A stretch of DNA of 64,000 nucleotides, taken from positions 2,413,180 to 2,477,179 of the forward strand of contig CAJFCJ010000012.1 of the NCBI GenBank assembly GCA_904063045.1. The letters are read 5' to 3'. Positions 1-12,300 of this stretch are shown piece after piece. Made by a program: the position numbers and the translations under genes. Origin of the DNA: Dimorphilus gyrociliatus. Its lineage: Eukaryota; Animalia; Annelida. Within the stretch, counting starts at the first letter, position 1. Each line of letters begins with the position of its first letter. The notes beneath the pieces are model-generated. The model was not told the DNA's origin, made no database searches, and saw only the letters and a list, made by a program, of their open reading frames with translations.

Positions 1-17
1 GACTCTGCATTGAGTAA

Positions 18-793
18 TTACAATTTCTCAAAGAAACGTATATTTGCTGTAAGGAAAGCAAAGACAATTAAAATGTTATGACGATTTATATAGAATTCTT
101 TGCTAACCCATTCATTAATATGAGTTATTTTGGTTTTTAAATAGTCCATTTTCTTGCGCAATGAAGATATATTTTCGAGATCTTGTTCATAATCCGCTTT
201 AGTTAAATTTAGAGGATTTTCAAAAGGAATGGCGGGTCCGTTAAGTTCTGATATTTCAGTTTTTGGTATATCTGATTCGTTTAAGAATACTGTTTCTTGA
301 GACTCTAATTCAACTTTTGAGCTGATAGTATCTTTAGTAATTTCATCGTAGTCATCATCATCTAGTGGAAGGGTCTCTTGGGATTCGATTTTAATTTTAA
401 TATCGTTACATTCTTCTTTAATTTTAGTAGGGGAAGGGGGTGCGTCAGATATTTCTTCGGTGTCCGAGCTCTTTAGAATGAACCGCCTTCTCTTGGGTAT
501 AGTCTTCAATGTTGAGTCCGGGCAAATACTGCGTATAAGTCAATAGATTTATGAGGAATCTTTCTTTATAATATCACAGCATATTATTCAAAAAATTCCA
601 TTTACGTAACAAACGAATTATGAAAATGAAAATTAGCTTACTTTTCGTTTGATCCAGTTCTTTTTCTCTTTTGACTTATCTTTGAATCATCAGATTCCAA
701 ATGATTACCTGAAAAAAATATATGAATAATTCTCTTATTCTAATAATCAAAAGTAGAAAGATTACTTCTCCCTCGTTTATTCTTTGCCGACAT
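18..793 (-). CDS. Uncharacterised protein of about 200 aa with a K/R-rich N-terminus and acidic middle; exons 793-766, 708-642, 528-18 (3' end uncertain)
   Basis: ATG at 793 and two GT-AG introns with matching phases join into ORF 18..509, giving MSAKNKRGRSNHLESDDSKISQKRKRTGSNENICPDSTLKTIPKRRR... No recognisable domain. A further intron near the 3' end cannot be excluded. Confidence 0.65.
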
Positions 794-1187
794 GAGCGTT
801 CGAGTAAATTTTCCTACGATATTTTTCAACTAAAGGCCTGAAGGCGATAATAGAGAATTACGAAATTTCAACACAGCTACGTTATAATTACATGAAATAG
901 TAGTAAAATCATAAAAAACGTTATGAAACTATACTCACTGAAAACAGATTGAAAGATTATGATTAAATTCTAAGTAATTTGGTCCTTTTTTTTGCAATAA
1001 ATTATTGGCCTGCTGCAGTGCGCCGACTCGACCGGAAACACTGTTTTGAATTCTCCTCTCGAAAAGATTTAGTCACAAAAGTTTGAGTTCGTATTTGCTG
1101 GAAAGTTGGAACTTATTTCTTTTTCTTTCAAGCTTCTTGAGTCTTCACAAAAAATTTTTTTTACAAATACGAAAATAATGCCACTTA

Positions 1188-1197
1188 GCGCATGCGC
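1188..1197. promoter_or_regulatory. NRF1-type palindrome GCGCATGCGC in a divergent promoter
   Basis: Perfect match to the NRF1 consensus, lying between the ATG at 793 (-) and the ZDHHC ATG at 1500 (+), in AT-rich surroundings. Confidence 0.55.
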
Positions 1198-1499
1198 GTA
1201 ATACCTGTTTGAAAAAATATCATATATCTGTGAAAACAGATAGATTATCATTCGATTAAATAACAATCAACTGATCAATAATTACCAAAGAAGTGTTCTC
1301 ACTCGGCCTGTTGTTAATCTTAAATTTGCCTAGTAACGAGGCGATCTATCGAAATATGGCCTATGTCCATAGTAGACATCATTGATATCGTTAGTGATTG
1401 GTAAATATTGATCAAATTTGGCCGATGCCCAGTCGTTCGTACGCCCCAGTTTCGACCGAATCGCCTAGGAAGATTTCAAAGCCTGTCAGCGTCGAAATT

Positions 1500-4127
1500 A
1501 TGCCTGCCAGACCAGTTAAAAGGTAAGTCTAATTATTCGGTCTTTACATATGTATTAGCTTACCATGCTTTTTTGGCTATATATTCTAAAAAGGTTATAG
1601 ATTTGATGTATTTCATACTCTTTTTTCAAAAACCATACGTCACACGTGACTCATCTATTTTTTTTCTATAATCTAATTTCAATATAATTCAGTACTCTAC
1701 AATTAATACATGTTACATCGACAAAAAAAAGCTAAATGTTAGAGTAAAAGTGCCGGTAGTGTACTTTTGTAGAACAATGCAATAAATTAAAAATCTATAG
1801 GATAAGGTCTGTTGATAGTAAATTGTAGATCAAGTTCAAAATATTTATTTAAGGATTTTAACCAATCTGAAGATTAAATAATAGTCTTAAATAGACATGT
1901 ATATACTAGGTTATACCAAGTATACGCTCTTTGCGTAGAGACATATTTGGTGCACTATCATTAAAGAGTTCATACACTCTATACTTGTTGCTTTCATAAT
2001 TAAATTCACTTTTGGTAAACAGTAGAACAATAAGCAGTATATGTCGGTTCTTTTGTAACAATAATCAACCACACTAAAGAATTAATAGCATACATACACT
2101 TGAGATTTATATAGGACTAGCAAAATAGCTCCATTTCGTTTCTCTAACGGTAAGGAAAATACTTACAATAATCAAACGAATTAATTATAAGAGATCTCTA
2201 TTAGGTACATTTAATAAAATTGTTAAGTTAATATAACTTAATTACATTCTATGTTATTACAGGTGGGAAGTCCTTCCAGGCAGGAATAAGTACTTCTGCG
2301 ACGGTCGCATAATTATGGCGAATAATACCGGAGTCTTCATCCTCACATGCAGCCTTATCCTTATTACAATGACCCTTTTTTTTGCCTTCGACGGGAGGCT
2401 TTTGGCACAAAGAGTCTCACCAGCTATTCCTGTTGCTGCGGCTATACTTTTTATATTCGTCATGTCAACCTTATTAAGAACGGCATTTTCTGATCCGGGT
2501 ATTTTACCGAGAGCAACAGTAGAAGAGGCCGCATATAACGAAGCTTACGAAGAACAGCAAAACCATAATGGTCAAAGGCCACCTCCTAGAACAAGAGAGG
2601 TTTTCGTTAAAGGTCAGGCAATACGCTTGAAATATTGTTTTACTTGCAAGATCTATCGGCCACCTCGTGCTTCACATTGCAGTTTATGCGACAATTGCGT
2701 AGGTTGGTATTAATTTCAACAATTTAATTATTTAGGAATTTTCATAAGAATACAACTAAATTTGGCATTTTTTTTCCTTCAACATCACAGAACGCTTTGA
2801 TCATCACGTAAGTAGCTAGATGTTACTTTTGAAGTTAATATATCAATAAATATACAGTATATATATATATATATAGTAATATCTTGTCCGTTTTTAATAA
2901 AAAATTCTCTTTTTTCCTACAGTGTCCCTGGGTTGGCAATTGTGTAGGAAAACGGAACTATAGATTTTTCTATATGTTTATTTTTTCACTCTCAATTTTG
3001 TGCATTTATGTGTTTGCTTGTACAATAACGAATTTAGTTTTATGTAAGTTGTTTTATTATATTTTTAATCAGAAAGCAAAATTTTGTTACCGAAATTTTT
3101 TGAATATTGAAAATTTCAGTGTCTAAAGAGAAAAAGGATGGTGAACAATCTAATTTTGTGGATGCAATTAAGAAAAGTCCAGCTAGCATAATTGAAGCCA
3201 TTATTTGCTTCTTCTCAATTTGGTCTATAGTAGGTTTGGCTGGATTTCATACTTATTTAATAGCCTCCAATCAAACAACAAACGAAGATGTAAGTTGGTT
3301 TTGAATTGACATTTATATATATATTTATAAAATTGTAGATATTTATTTAAGGACTGTATAATTATTTAAAGAACCTAAAGAACTAATAATGTAGTGTTTC
3401 TTTAATTAAAATAATAAGTAAAATCAATTATATAAATAAAATTAATGATTTATTAAAACAGAATATATTATTTACAGATCAAGGGCTCATATTCCAATCG
3501 TCGCGGTGTCGACAACGTTAATCCATTCAGTGAGGGGAATGTATTTAAAAATTGCTGTGCAATACTCTGCGGACCGTTTACTCCCTCTCTCATACGACGT
3601 CGAACTTACGTTGTTCCAGAAGCTTCTAGACACGGCTCATCAAATGGTGCCTTGACTGAAAATAATATAATCACGAATAATCGACAGCAGAATGTTTACG
3701 GAACCGTAGAAAGCATTCATATTCAAACAGATGTGGTAATAATTTGCATAATTTACTTTTATCTCTAATTACTCTCGGTAATACGCCAGTAAGATATATA
3801 AATCCCGTAGTACTTGGCTAATTTTACATAGCATTTATTATAACTCTATTCATTTTCCCCAAATAACGGCTAGAATTGAAGCTGAAATCGATCCCAATCA
3901 AACAAGAGGTATTCGTATTTGGAGTGATTTATTTTCATTATGAATCATTTCTTTGATTTAAACGCTTTTGAAGAATTAGGATCGATAGCCAGATTAATAA
4001 GATTAAGCGTTTTAATTATAAAAAAAGAGAATAAAACTATATAGAGTAACATTCTGGTTTTATTTTTCAGGAAAAAGCAACTCCACCAGCTTACAGGGCG
4101 TCTCCAATGCAAACAAGAACCGAGTGA
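1500..4127 (+). CDS. ZDHHC14: DHHC palmitoyltransferase, ZDHHC9/14/18 (approximated) subfamily
   Basis: Exons 1500-1522, 2263-2702, 2791-2807, 2923-3043, 3120-3289, 3478-3735, then uncertain 3' exons near 3870-3910 and 4071-4127 (or 4162). Translation includes [75 protein letters not shown] and the NQTTNEDIK motif. Confidence 0.93.
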
Positions 4128-4265
4128 AACCTGAACTAGTTGAAAATAATTTTGCTACTTAAACGCTTTCATTATTCTTATATCACTAATGTTCCTTTCT
4201 TTAAAGGCAAATTTTGTTTGATGTTTTGAAAATTTAAAGATTAATCGATATTAAATGTATTTTTG

Positions 4266-4796
4266 CTACCGTTTTTTGCCGTCTTTTATTATATAATCTA
4301 TAAGTTCTTCAGCATTTTTAAAGTCTGATTTTCCTGGATTTTCTTTACGAGGCACTGGAGGCATTAACTCTTGCATTTTTTTGCCAAAATCCTTGACCTA
4401 GTATAAAATTAATAGTTAGCTTTGTTTAAGGTGACATTTCCAGTTAATAAACTTACATTTCTTACACCAAGCATTCCACAAACTCCTAGACAGAATAGCG
4501 TGAATCCTCCGACAGAGTAGAGTGTCGCTCGTCCAAGTGCTCTAAAGGCTAGAGTAGTACCATTTTCTAACCCTTTCGCAAACATTTCGCTGTCTTTCCT
4601 CTTGGATGATGTTAAGGCTGCTCCAAAGCCGGCAAGAAGTGAAGCCCCTCCGACACCAAGTACAAAAGCTGCTTGAGCTGTACTAGAAATTAGAAGAAGC
4701 AGTAATGTGTCAATTTAATCTACCTTTAAGGTCATTTTTTGTGGCTGTTATTTCGCCAGGATGGGATTCTGAACTACAAGTGTCCTTCTCTGTCAT
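4266..4796 (-). CDS. TMEM242: Transmembrane protein 242 (mitochondrial assembly factor family); exons 4796-4724 approx., 4677-4457, and a last exon ending at 4266
   Basis: Spliced translation ...LLAGFGAALTSSKRKDSEMFAKGLENGTTLAFRALGRATLYSVGGFTLFCLGVCGMLGVRNVKDFGKKMQELMPPVP... matches the TMEM242 pattern (AGF..L..AKKK..E.F.KG...G..LA.RALG). Intron phases are consistent. Confidence 0.88.
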
Positions 4797-4820
4797 TTCT
4801 GTTAGAAATTTTTACGCTAA

Positions 4821-4859
4821 TGCCATCTATCGGATGGACTTTACGATTTCCGTTTCCTG
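4821..4859. promoter_or_regulatory. Bidirectional promoter elements: CTCF-like TGCCATCTATCGG (4821-4833) and tandem ETS/GABP-like TTTCCGTTTCCTG (4847-4859)
   Basis: Motif matches just upstream of the TMEM242 ATG and upstream of the opposite-strand snoRNA host exons. The same 13-mer recurs at 9030-9042. Confidence 0.4.
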
Positions 4860-5199
4860 AATAAACTTACAGAGTACGGCCTGAAAACCACATGGTCTTG
4901 AAAAAAATCTACTTAAATCGGTAGCAAAATAAAGAAATCCTTACAAAAGATGCGTATGAAATGAAAGCCAACCCTCTGAATGGCAACTTAACAAACGTCA
5001 GTATTCGAAAGCTCTTCAATTAAGAGCGAGTATGTAACAGCTGTAATGACAAAAAGATGACAAAGTACTAGAAAGCTATTGTCCTAAACAAGGTAAGACA
5101 TCTCCCTCTATTTATTATTCATAATATACCTATTCCTTTTCTTTTAACATTCTACTGAAAAAAGAGTATTAGAAAGGAATATAGAATTAATTAATTTAG

Positions 5200-5252
5200 A
5201 TGAAGACAACGAGACAGGTGATAAATAATGATATACTGTCCTGCAATTCTGA
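5200..5252 (+). ncRNA. SNORD96: Box C/D snoRNA, SNORD96-like (guide for 5.8S rRNA Gm75), copy 1
   Basis: Box C-like ATGAAGA (5200-5206), internal GTGA/ATGATA, and box D CTGA (5249-5252) preceded by TGTCCTGCAATT. That 12-mer is the exact reverse complement of the conserved 5.8S rRNA segment AATTGCAGGACA. The +5 rule points to the G of AATTG, which is G75 in human numbering. Confidence 0.85.
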
Positions 5253-5422
5253 TATTTCATAATAATAAAAACTATAATGATTGTTGATAAGCTTTTTATT
5301 TAATGGTCAATTTTTTCCCTTTAACAGATGATTTACATATACCATCATCCCCTGAAGAAAGCAGACTTAAAGTAATTAGAATATTTTTTTTTCAATATTT
5401 AACACACGCATTAAGTTAAAAC

Positions 5423-5475
5423 ATGAAGACAACGAGACAGGTGATATATAATGATATACTGTCCTGCAATTCTGA
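5423..5475 (+). ncRNA. SNORD96: Box C/D snoRNA, SNORD96-like (5.8S rRNA Gm75 guide), copy 2
   Basis: 53-nt copy differing from copy 1 at a single spacer position, with unrelated flanks, located in the next intron. Same boxes and guide. Confidence 0.85.
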
Positions 5476-5971
5476 TTATTTTGTCGTCTTATTTTCTGAT
5501 TTATTTTTTACTGCTTGTTTTTAAGGTTATTTTTCTATATTCTATAGATATTCTTTCAATACGACACTTCAAAAGAAATTATCTACAATGAGAAATTCTA
5601 TTTCATATTTGAGAAAGATGGTTATGGAACAAAAGACTATTTTACATGTAATTAAAAAATGTTGATTGTTTCCTTTTTTTCTTTAATATTCAATACATTT
5701 AATGGGCTTTTTTACTATCATAAAATTGTCTATATTTAGTCTTTGAAGTATTTAGTTGTCGTATCAATGTTCAATATTTATGCACTAAGAAATATTGGAA
5801 TAGATAAATTATTTAATACACATAAAACGTGTTTAGACAATCGATAAATTATCAATACAAAGTTAAAAAAAAAGTAAACTGGTATATTAGGTTACTGTAT
5901 ATTTCGTAATCTTGTCGAAAGTTAATTATCGCCCTTCTAAATATTATCTAAATTTTATTTATTTATAAAAT

Positions 5972-8025
5972 ATGTGTAGCGTTAACGAAGGAAATTGTGA
6001 TTGTTTTCCACCTCCCGAATCTAAAAAGTAACTTTATATACCTTATTATATCTTTCGTTTTCTATATTGTTGAATTTTTATAGGAAAAGTACCACGTGCG
6101 TAAAATGCAATAATCCTGCAATAGTTTGCATTAGATTTAATGATTCATTTTGCAAGTAAGATGATAAATTTATCTTAATAAATGAATTAATTCTTAAATT
6201 TAAAAAATGGTAGAGATTGCTTTATTCTCTATTGTATTCACAAGTATCGGTCAACATTTGGTAAATCAAAAATAGTAAGAGATGGAGAAAGTGTTATATT
6301 AGGTTTTAGTGGTGGACATGGAGCATCGGCAATGTTACATTTAACAAAAGAGGTTATTATAATCTAAATATATGAAAATTATGTTGTATAATAAATGTTT
6401 TTATTTGAAAAAATGAAGGGTAAAAGCGCAAGAGCAGCGAAGAAGCTTCGATATCTACCAATTCTAATTTATATTGATGGTAAACAACTGTTTTTTCCTC
6501 TATTTGTAAAAAAGAGGATATTATAATTGAAATTAACGATGGCTTTATATTACTTAACTATTTCAACAGACACGAATTTCGTGACTACTAATAAAGAAAT
6601 GGCTGCTAAAATTAGAGACAAAGTGATAGAAAAAATGAAAAAATCTGAACTAGAATACGAGTGTATACCTTTAGAAAGAATGGTGACGAAGGAGTTTTTG
6701 CAATCATTGGATACGTTAACGTCGAAAGAAGAGACTATTGACATTTTGAAGTATTAACATTTCTTGTTCTTACAGAAATCATAATTTATATAAAATAACT
6801 CTTTGTCTTCTGTTAGGAGACAATTATTGGCAGAAATAGCCTTAGAACGAAAATGTCAAAAGGTACTACTTGGAGATTCATCAACTAAATTATCAATCAA
6901 TGTTGTCTCGAATGTTGTACAAGGACGTGGAAGTCAGGTTGCTCATTCAATGGTATGCGAATTACTCCATCCAGCTTTATAATTAACGAGTAAATAATTT
7001 CAGAAATTCGATGATTCTCATATGAAAGATGTTACCCTAATTAGGCCAATGAGGTAGCGAATTTTCTACTTAGCAATCTAACCGTGAAATTATTATTAAA
7101 TGTAGCATGGAACAATCATTAAATTTTATGTTATGTAATAAAGATATATATGTATACATGTAAATGGTAGAATTTCTTTAAATCTTTAAATGTACCAGTA
7201 TAGTGTAATATTATTTGATGCGCTTTTTTTTCATACATCCTTTCCCTTTAAACAGAGAATTAACATCAAAAGAAATTGCAATGTACAACAAAATAACAGG
7301 CATTGAAGTTGTTGCAACTCCATCTTTTTCTTCCAAGGTTATTGGTTACTTCACTTTAATTAAATATATCATAAATCTCTTTTATTAGACTCCGAAGCAC
7401 TCGAGTATGCAAAGGTTGAGCGAAAGTTTTGTTTTATCTCTCCAAGCGAGTTTTCCTTCTACCTGCAGCACTTTATTCAGGTAAACCATATCAAAGACTT
7501 TAGAGAAGCACTTTACACCTAAGTATATATTTTTATTTTTATAGAAGTGGCGAAAAACTTGAAGCAAAATTGAAAGACGATGGGAAATCTTGCGCTCTTT
7601 GCGCCGTATGTATTTGATTGATTGATTTATTTTCATTTCTTTAACCCACTGCTCCTCTCCATCAGACAATATTGTAATCTCGCTTTTTACAACTGTTTTT
7701 CAGAATCGTTTGGACACAAATATGTCTGCTTGTTCTGCTTTAGAAGCGGCCGAATTTTCTCGTCAACAGACAAACTGTAATACAATGGAATCTAACAATT
7801 TCCTTCAAAGCTTTTGCTACGCTTGTAGGAATATTATGTTGGGCTTAGATAAGAGTAGTGAAAACTCCAGATTGCCTGACTTTGTTCAACGCAACATTCA
7901 AAGGTAATTACATATGCATATAATTTATCTAATGTTTACTAATAAAAATATTTTCGTTGTCTTATCAAAGGGACCAAGCCACTGACGGAATCCAGAAATA
8001 TTTGTTAGACGAAAATACTGACTAA
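5972..8025 (+). CDS. CTU2: Cytoplasmic tRNA 2-thiolation protein 2, multi-exon
   Basis: Spliced pieces MCSVNEG..., CVKCNNPAIVCIRFNDSFCKDCF..HKYRSTFGK, VILGFSGGHGASAML, VLLGDSSTKLSINVVSNVVQGRG, LIRPMRELTSKEIAMYN and FCYACR match CTU2 motifs. Stop TAA at 8023-8025. Confidence 0.92.
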
Positions 8026-8290
8026 AGTAGATTGCCTTTCTTCTTCTTTTCACTATATAATAATACAGTTATCCTATTAATCTATTTTAATAAGGTTAAA
8101 TTTTATAAATCTTCAAACAATTGATTACAATCTGATTATACAATAGTAGGTATTTTCAAGGCTATTGTACAAGGTTTTCTAGTGAGAAAGAATTGTTTCG
8201 TTTTATGATTCACATACGATTTAGAATTTTTATTAATTCTGCACTTGCTGAATCGCACTAAATTTCAGTTCTATCAATAGTTGTATTAGT

Positions 8291-8649
8291 TCATTCGGCT
8301 GGAGCAGGTGGAAATGTCATCTTGTACAAATTGAGGATGCCGTAGCCCACGCCAACTGTTGACACAATCAATATAGCGTAATACGACAATTTGTCAACTC
8401 CGCCACGTTTTTGCCAAACGAGACCAGGTGACGACTGCAATGAACAAAGTTACTTTTACTTTACAACCACTTCATGATCAAATTAACGAAGGGACAAGAG
8501 TTGATTCTTACCGCCCATTCAGTTTGAAGTTGTTGGATACGTTGGTATCCGGGAGCACTTGGTACAACACCCTTAGCTGTAGCAATTGGTTGGCGTAAAT
8601 CTCCGCTCCTTTTAATAGTTGTGGAAAACGTGCGTAGAGCGGTCTGCAT
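8291..8649 (-). CDS. COX7A: Cytochrome c oxidase subunit 7A-like; exons 8649-8512 and approx. 8434-8291
   Basis: MQTALRTFSTTIKR (mitochondrial presequence-like)...RIQQLQTEWA|SSPGLVWQKRGGVDKLSYYAILIVSTVGVGYGILNLYKMTFP. The K.GG.D..Y motif, single TM segment and terminal FP fit COX7A. Confidence 0.72.
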
Positions 8650-9005
8650 TTTTTGAAAATATATTAAAGATCTTTTATAATATATAAACTATCGAATAAT
8701 CGTATTCTATACTTGATTAATAATTTTTAATAAATTAATTTAGAATAGATAATATTTGTTTTGACGCTACTCTTTCACAATTTAAAAGAAATGATCTCTC
8801 AAGGAACAGATAACCTTTAGGAAGGTCGACAAACTATATAGGCAATATGAAAAAAATAGGAAGAATCCCTTGGAGAATTTACAAAAAATGTTTTAATATA
8901 AAGAAAAACTAACCCTTAAAGTTGCCATTCTGATAATATTTTTCCCAATATAAGATAGAAACTTTAAAGAATCGGTGACCGATGAGAAATATGGCGTATT
9001 TTCGG

Positions 9006-9042
9006 TTCCGCTTCCGTAAAATATTGCTGTTTCCGTTTCCTG
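9006..9042. promoter_or_regulatory. Clustered tandem ETS (GABP/NRF-2-like) sites in the COX7A / kinectin-like divergent promoter
   Basis: TTCCGCTTCCG (9006-9016) and TTTCCGTTTCCTG (9030-9042) are tandem GGAA cores on the minus strand. A partial NRF1-like ACATGCGCA lies near 9110. Confidence 0.5.
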
Positions 9043-9326
9043 CAACGTATTCGATTTATTTAAATACTAAGCAAAATTGGTCAAAAATCTACCAATCGAA
9101 TTTTGCCACACATGCGCAATATGTCGGATAAGACACGTCGCTAAAGTATTAAAGGAGGAAATCTGCAAGATAACGATATCTGGCGCTTGGATATGAGAAT
9201 ATCGATTACATAACATATTAACACGTCAACGTCAAGGTTATCTTATTAAAACCGGCTTAAATTATTCTTTCTGGTCCATTCTTGTGGCAAACTTTTCATA
9301 TTTGAAAAAATTATTCTCGAGAAAAG

Positions 9327-12300
9327 ATGGATTTGACAACGTTTTTTATAGCGATAGGCGGTTTCTTGATATCTGTTGCTGTACTTTGTGCAATAGCAGT
9401 TTTTCTTATGAAGGAAAAAACTTATGAAGAAATGATTGAAGAACAACGTCAAAGAAGCGGCTTAGTAGACGATGTGAAAAAAGTTAAAGAAGAAAAAAAG
9501 AAGACTAAAAAAGAAAAGAAAAAGAAGAAAGATGAAAAGGAGGTGGGTAAGTCTAAGGAGAAAACTGTCGAACGTCAAGTAGAGACACATACAAAAGAAA
9601 GCAAAATGCTGGAATTTGAGATTGACGCCGAACAAATTGCTGAGGCTGACAGTGGAGAAGTGAGAAACAGAAAGAAGAAGAATAAGAAGGACGTGCATGG
9701 AATTCTACTGAACAAAGCAGAAAAGCCAGTCATTAAAGAACGACAGGTATGAAAAAGTTCTAAAATAACATGTGAGTCTTTTGAATAGCGCATTCGAAAA
9801 AAAGAGCCGGTAATGATTGATTTCCGAAATTGAACTTTTACTGATTATAATTGAAGAAATTCAATTCACATTTGGCGCTGACCTAACAAATATTGTAGAA
9901 TATCGCATGTTAATATGTTATATTCTCGTGAATTTTTTATTGCAGTCTATTCTCTTGAACCAGCTGGCTTCTTTTACATTTATTCGCTACTAAGCAGACA
10001 CATAGACACATAGTTGCACTCTACCGGCCGGTTTAAGCGCGTGTTGTTCAGAGTAGTCAAAAAAAAAAAATGGCTTACATAGAAAAAATCTTTATATAAA
10101 TACTTCGGCGTTGATAAGTATCTTATTGTAGAACAGCTATACTGCTTTTATATGCAATTTACTGTATAATATTTTATAATAGCTGCTGATATCAAAGTAC
10201 TTATTAATTGAAATAGTATCCTCAGTAATTGATAAATTTAATTCAACTTTTTATGTTTTTATTTTACAACCTGAAATCTCTTCCTTATTAGTATTACTAA
10301 TCGTTATTTGTTTGATTTTGTTTCTATTTTCTTAGGTTACCGAAACTGAATTCCGAAAGCTACCTAGAGATGAAGTTGAAATGGAATACGATAGAAGATC
10401 GAGGCATTCCTCTTTCTCTGAACCACCCGTTGAGGATGATAAGAAAAAAATTGCGGAAAAACGAAAGACTTTCGAATCTCTATTAGACAAAGTTAAGGGC
10501 GTTAAGCTAAACGAAAAAGATATAAAAAATCTAATATCTAATCTTCAACTTGATGAAAAATGGAGTCTGATAAAGAAAGTTAAAGTTGAAAAATGGCAAG
10601 AAAAGATCAACCTTAAAGAAAGTGAGGTTAAAGAACAGGTTAAACGAGCTGATGAAATTGAACGTCGTTATTACGTGGCACAAACTGATGTTGAAAAGAT
10701 TCAAAGGAAAATGAAGGAATCCACTGATAAATTGTTAGCGGAGAAAGAAAAATTGTCCTTAAAATTAGAAAATGTCGAAAAAGAACGAGGAAATGAAATA
10801 ATACAATTAAGAGGCCAAACTCATAACATGAATGAAAAAGTCAATCAATTGAACCAACAAATCAGGATTGTTACCCGTGAATTGGACAACAAAGTTAGCG
10901 CTTTAACTACTACTCAACAAAGATTGGCAAGTTTAGAGCAACAACAAAAGCAACAGCAGCAACAGCAACCGAAAGCTAATAATATTGACGCTGAGGCAGC
11001 TATTAATAAAATGGAACAATTAAAGAAGGAAAATGACGAGTTGAGAAAGAAAAATGAAGTGAGTACATTTAATTTTAGCTTTCTCGGAAGTTATGTAAAT
11101 TTATTACGGAGGAGAATTAATTTCCTATATATATATATACAGTTATTTCTCAATTTATATACTAATATATATATATAAATGTATATAAGATATAGGTTAA
11201 TATGAACTTTTAGAAAAAAACGTAAAACATTTTGATAGTTTAAGCCTTAACAACAAGTTATTTTACTCTATTTATGTCGGGTATTAGAAGGTATTTTTTT
11301 TGTGTCTTTATTTAGACACTGAGAGACCGGAATAGAAAAGTCCACGAGGCTTTAACTGTAGCCGAGAAACGTGCCTCTGCTTTGAACGACGAAAGCGTAT
11401 GTTATCTTAATGAATTATTGGGTGTTTTATGTTTTTCATTTAGTCGCAATTATTTAACTGACAACGGAATTTCAAGAATTATGTTTGTGTTTGTTTATAT
11501 AACCTAGAAAAATGCATGAAATAATAGTTTTAAGTGCATATAATGATAATTTAGCAAATTTCGACAACTATTTAGAAAACATTACTAGTGATTTTAGTGT
11601 TACTGTCTGTATCAGTAACAGCATGTTTATGAAACTTAAAGATCGTAACATTCCTTTGTCAGTCTTTCGTTACAATTTTATTTTTATAGCTAGATGTTTT
11701 ATGCTTGATTGCTTTTTTTCAACCCGCTTCACATTAGATTTTACTCATGATCACAGGTAGACAATCGTCAACTGCAACAAAACTTGCAGTCGCTAAACGA
11801 TCAGCTTCGCGAACGTGAGGCACAATTGAGTGAAATGTCATTGAAAGTCCAGGTATTGGGGAATATTTATTTTACCTTCATTCTTTTTTTTTGCTTACTC
11901 TTTGTTTGTTTCCTTTTTCGTGTTAAACATAGAATTCAGAAAAATTGGGAGCAGCATACGAGCGTTTACAACAGCAATTGAATGAAGTAGAAGGATTTAA
12001 AGTTGAATTGGAGAAAAAAATTCAAACTTCTGAAGAAGCGAATAAGAAATTGGTAGCAGATCTGAAAGAAATGGAAAAAATTTGCGATGGCAAAACAAAC
12101 GAGTTTAAATCCGAATCGGAAAAATTGATAAATGCTACTCAAGAAATTGAATCTTTGAAATCTTCTCTAGATGAATTAAAAAATTCTAATCATGAACAAA
12201 ATTCTTTTGCCGAGAAGATCGGTGACTTAGAAAAACAATTGAGCGCTGCTCAAGATGCTAAGAAATTGGCTGAAGAAGAATTACAAAAAGTTACGGATGA

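Larger units (their letters stand above)
5040..5530 (+). ncRNA. Spliced non-coding snoRNA host transcript, or 5' UTR exons of CTU2; introns 5093-5327 and 5372-5525; true ends unknown
   Basis: Strong donors (AG|gtaaga at 5093, AA|gtaatt at 5372) and acceptors (ttaacag 5327, tttttaag 5525). Each intron holds one C/D snoRNA copy. The exons contain only tiny ORFs. Confidence 0.6.

Noticed and set aside
1069-1671. ORFs 1069..1266 (-) and 1408..1671 (+)
   Set aside because: They start at non-ATG codons and cross promoter, UTR and intron sequence. The real ZDHHC start is the ATG at 1500 in another frame.
5200-5475. The 53-nt duplication as transposon ends or a CRISPR-like repeat
   Set aside because: There are only two direct copies, no target-site duplication or transposase, and a eukaryotic context. 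C/D boxes and rRNA complementarity explain it.
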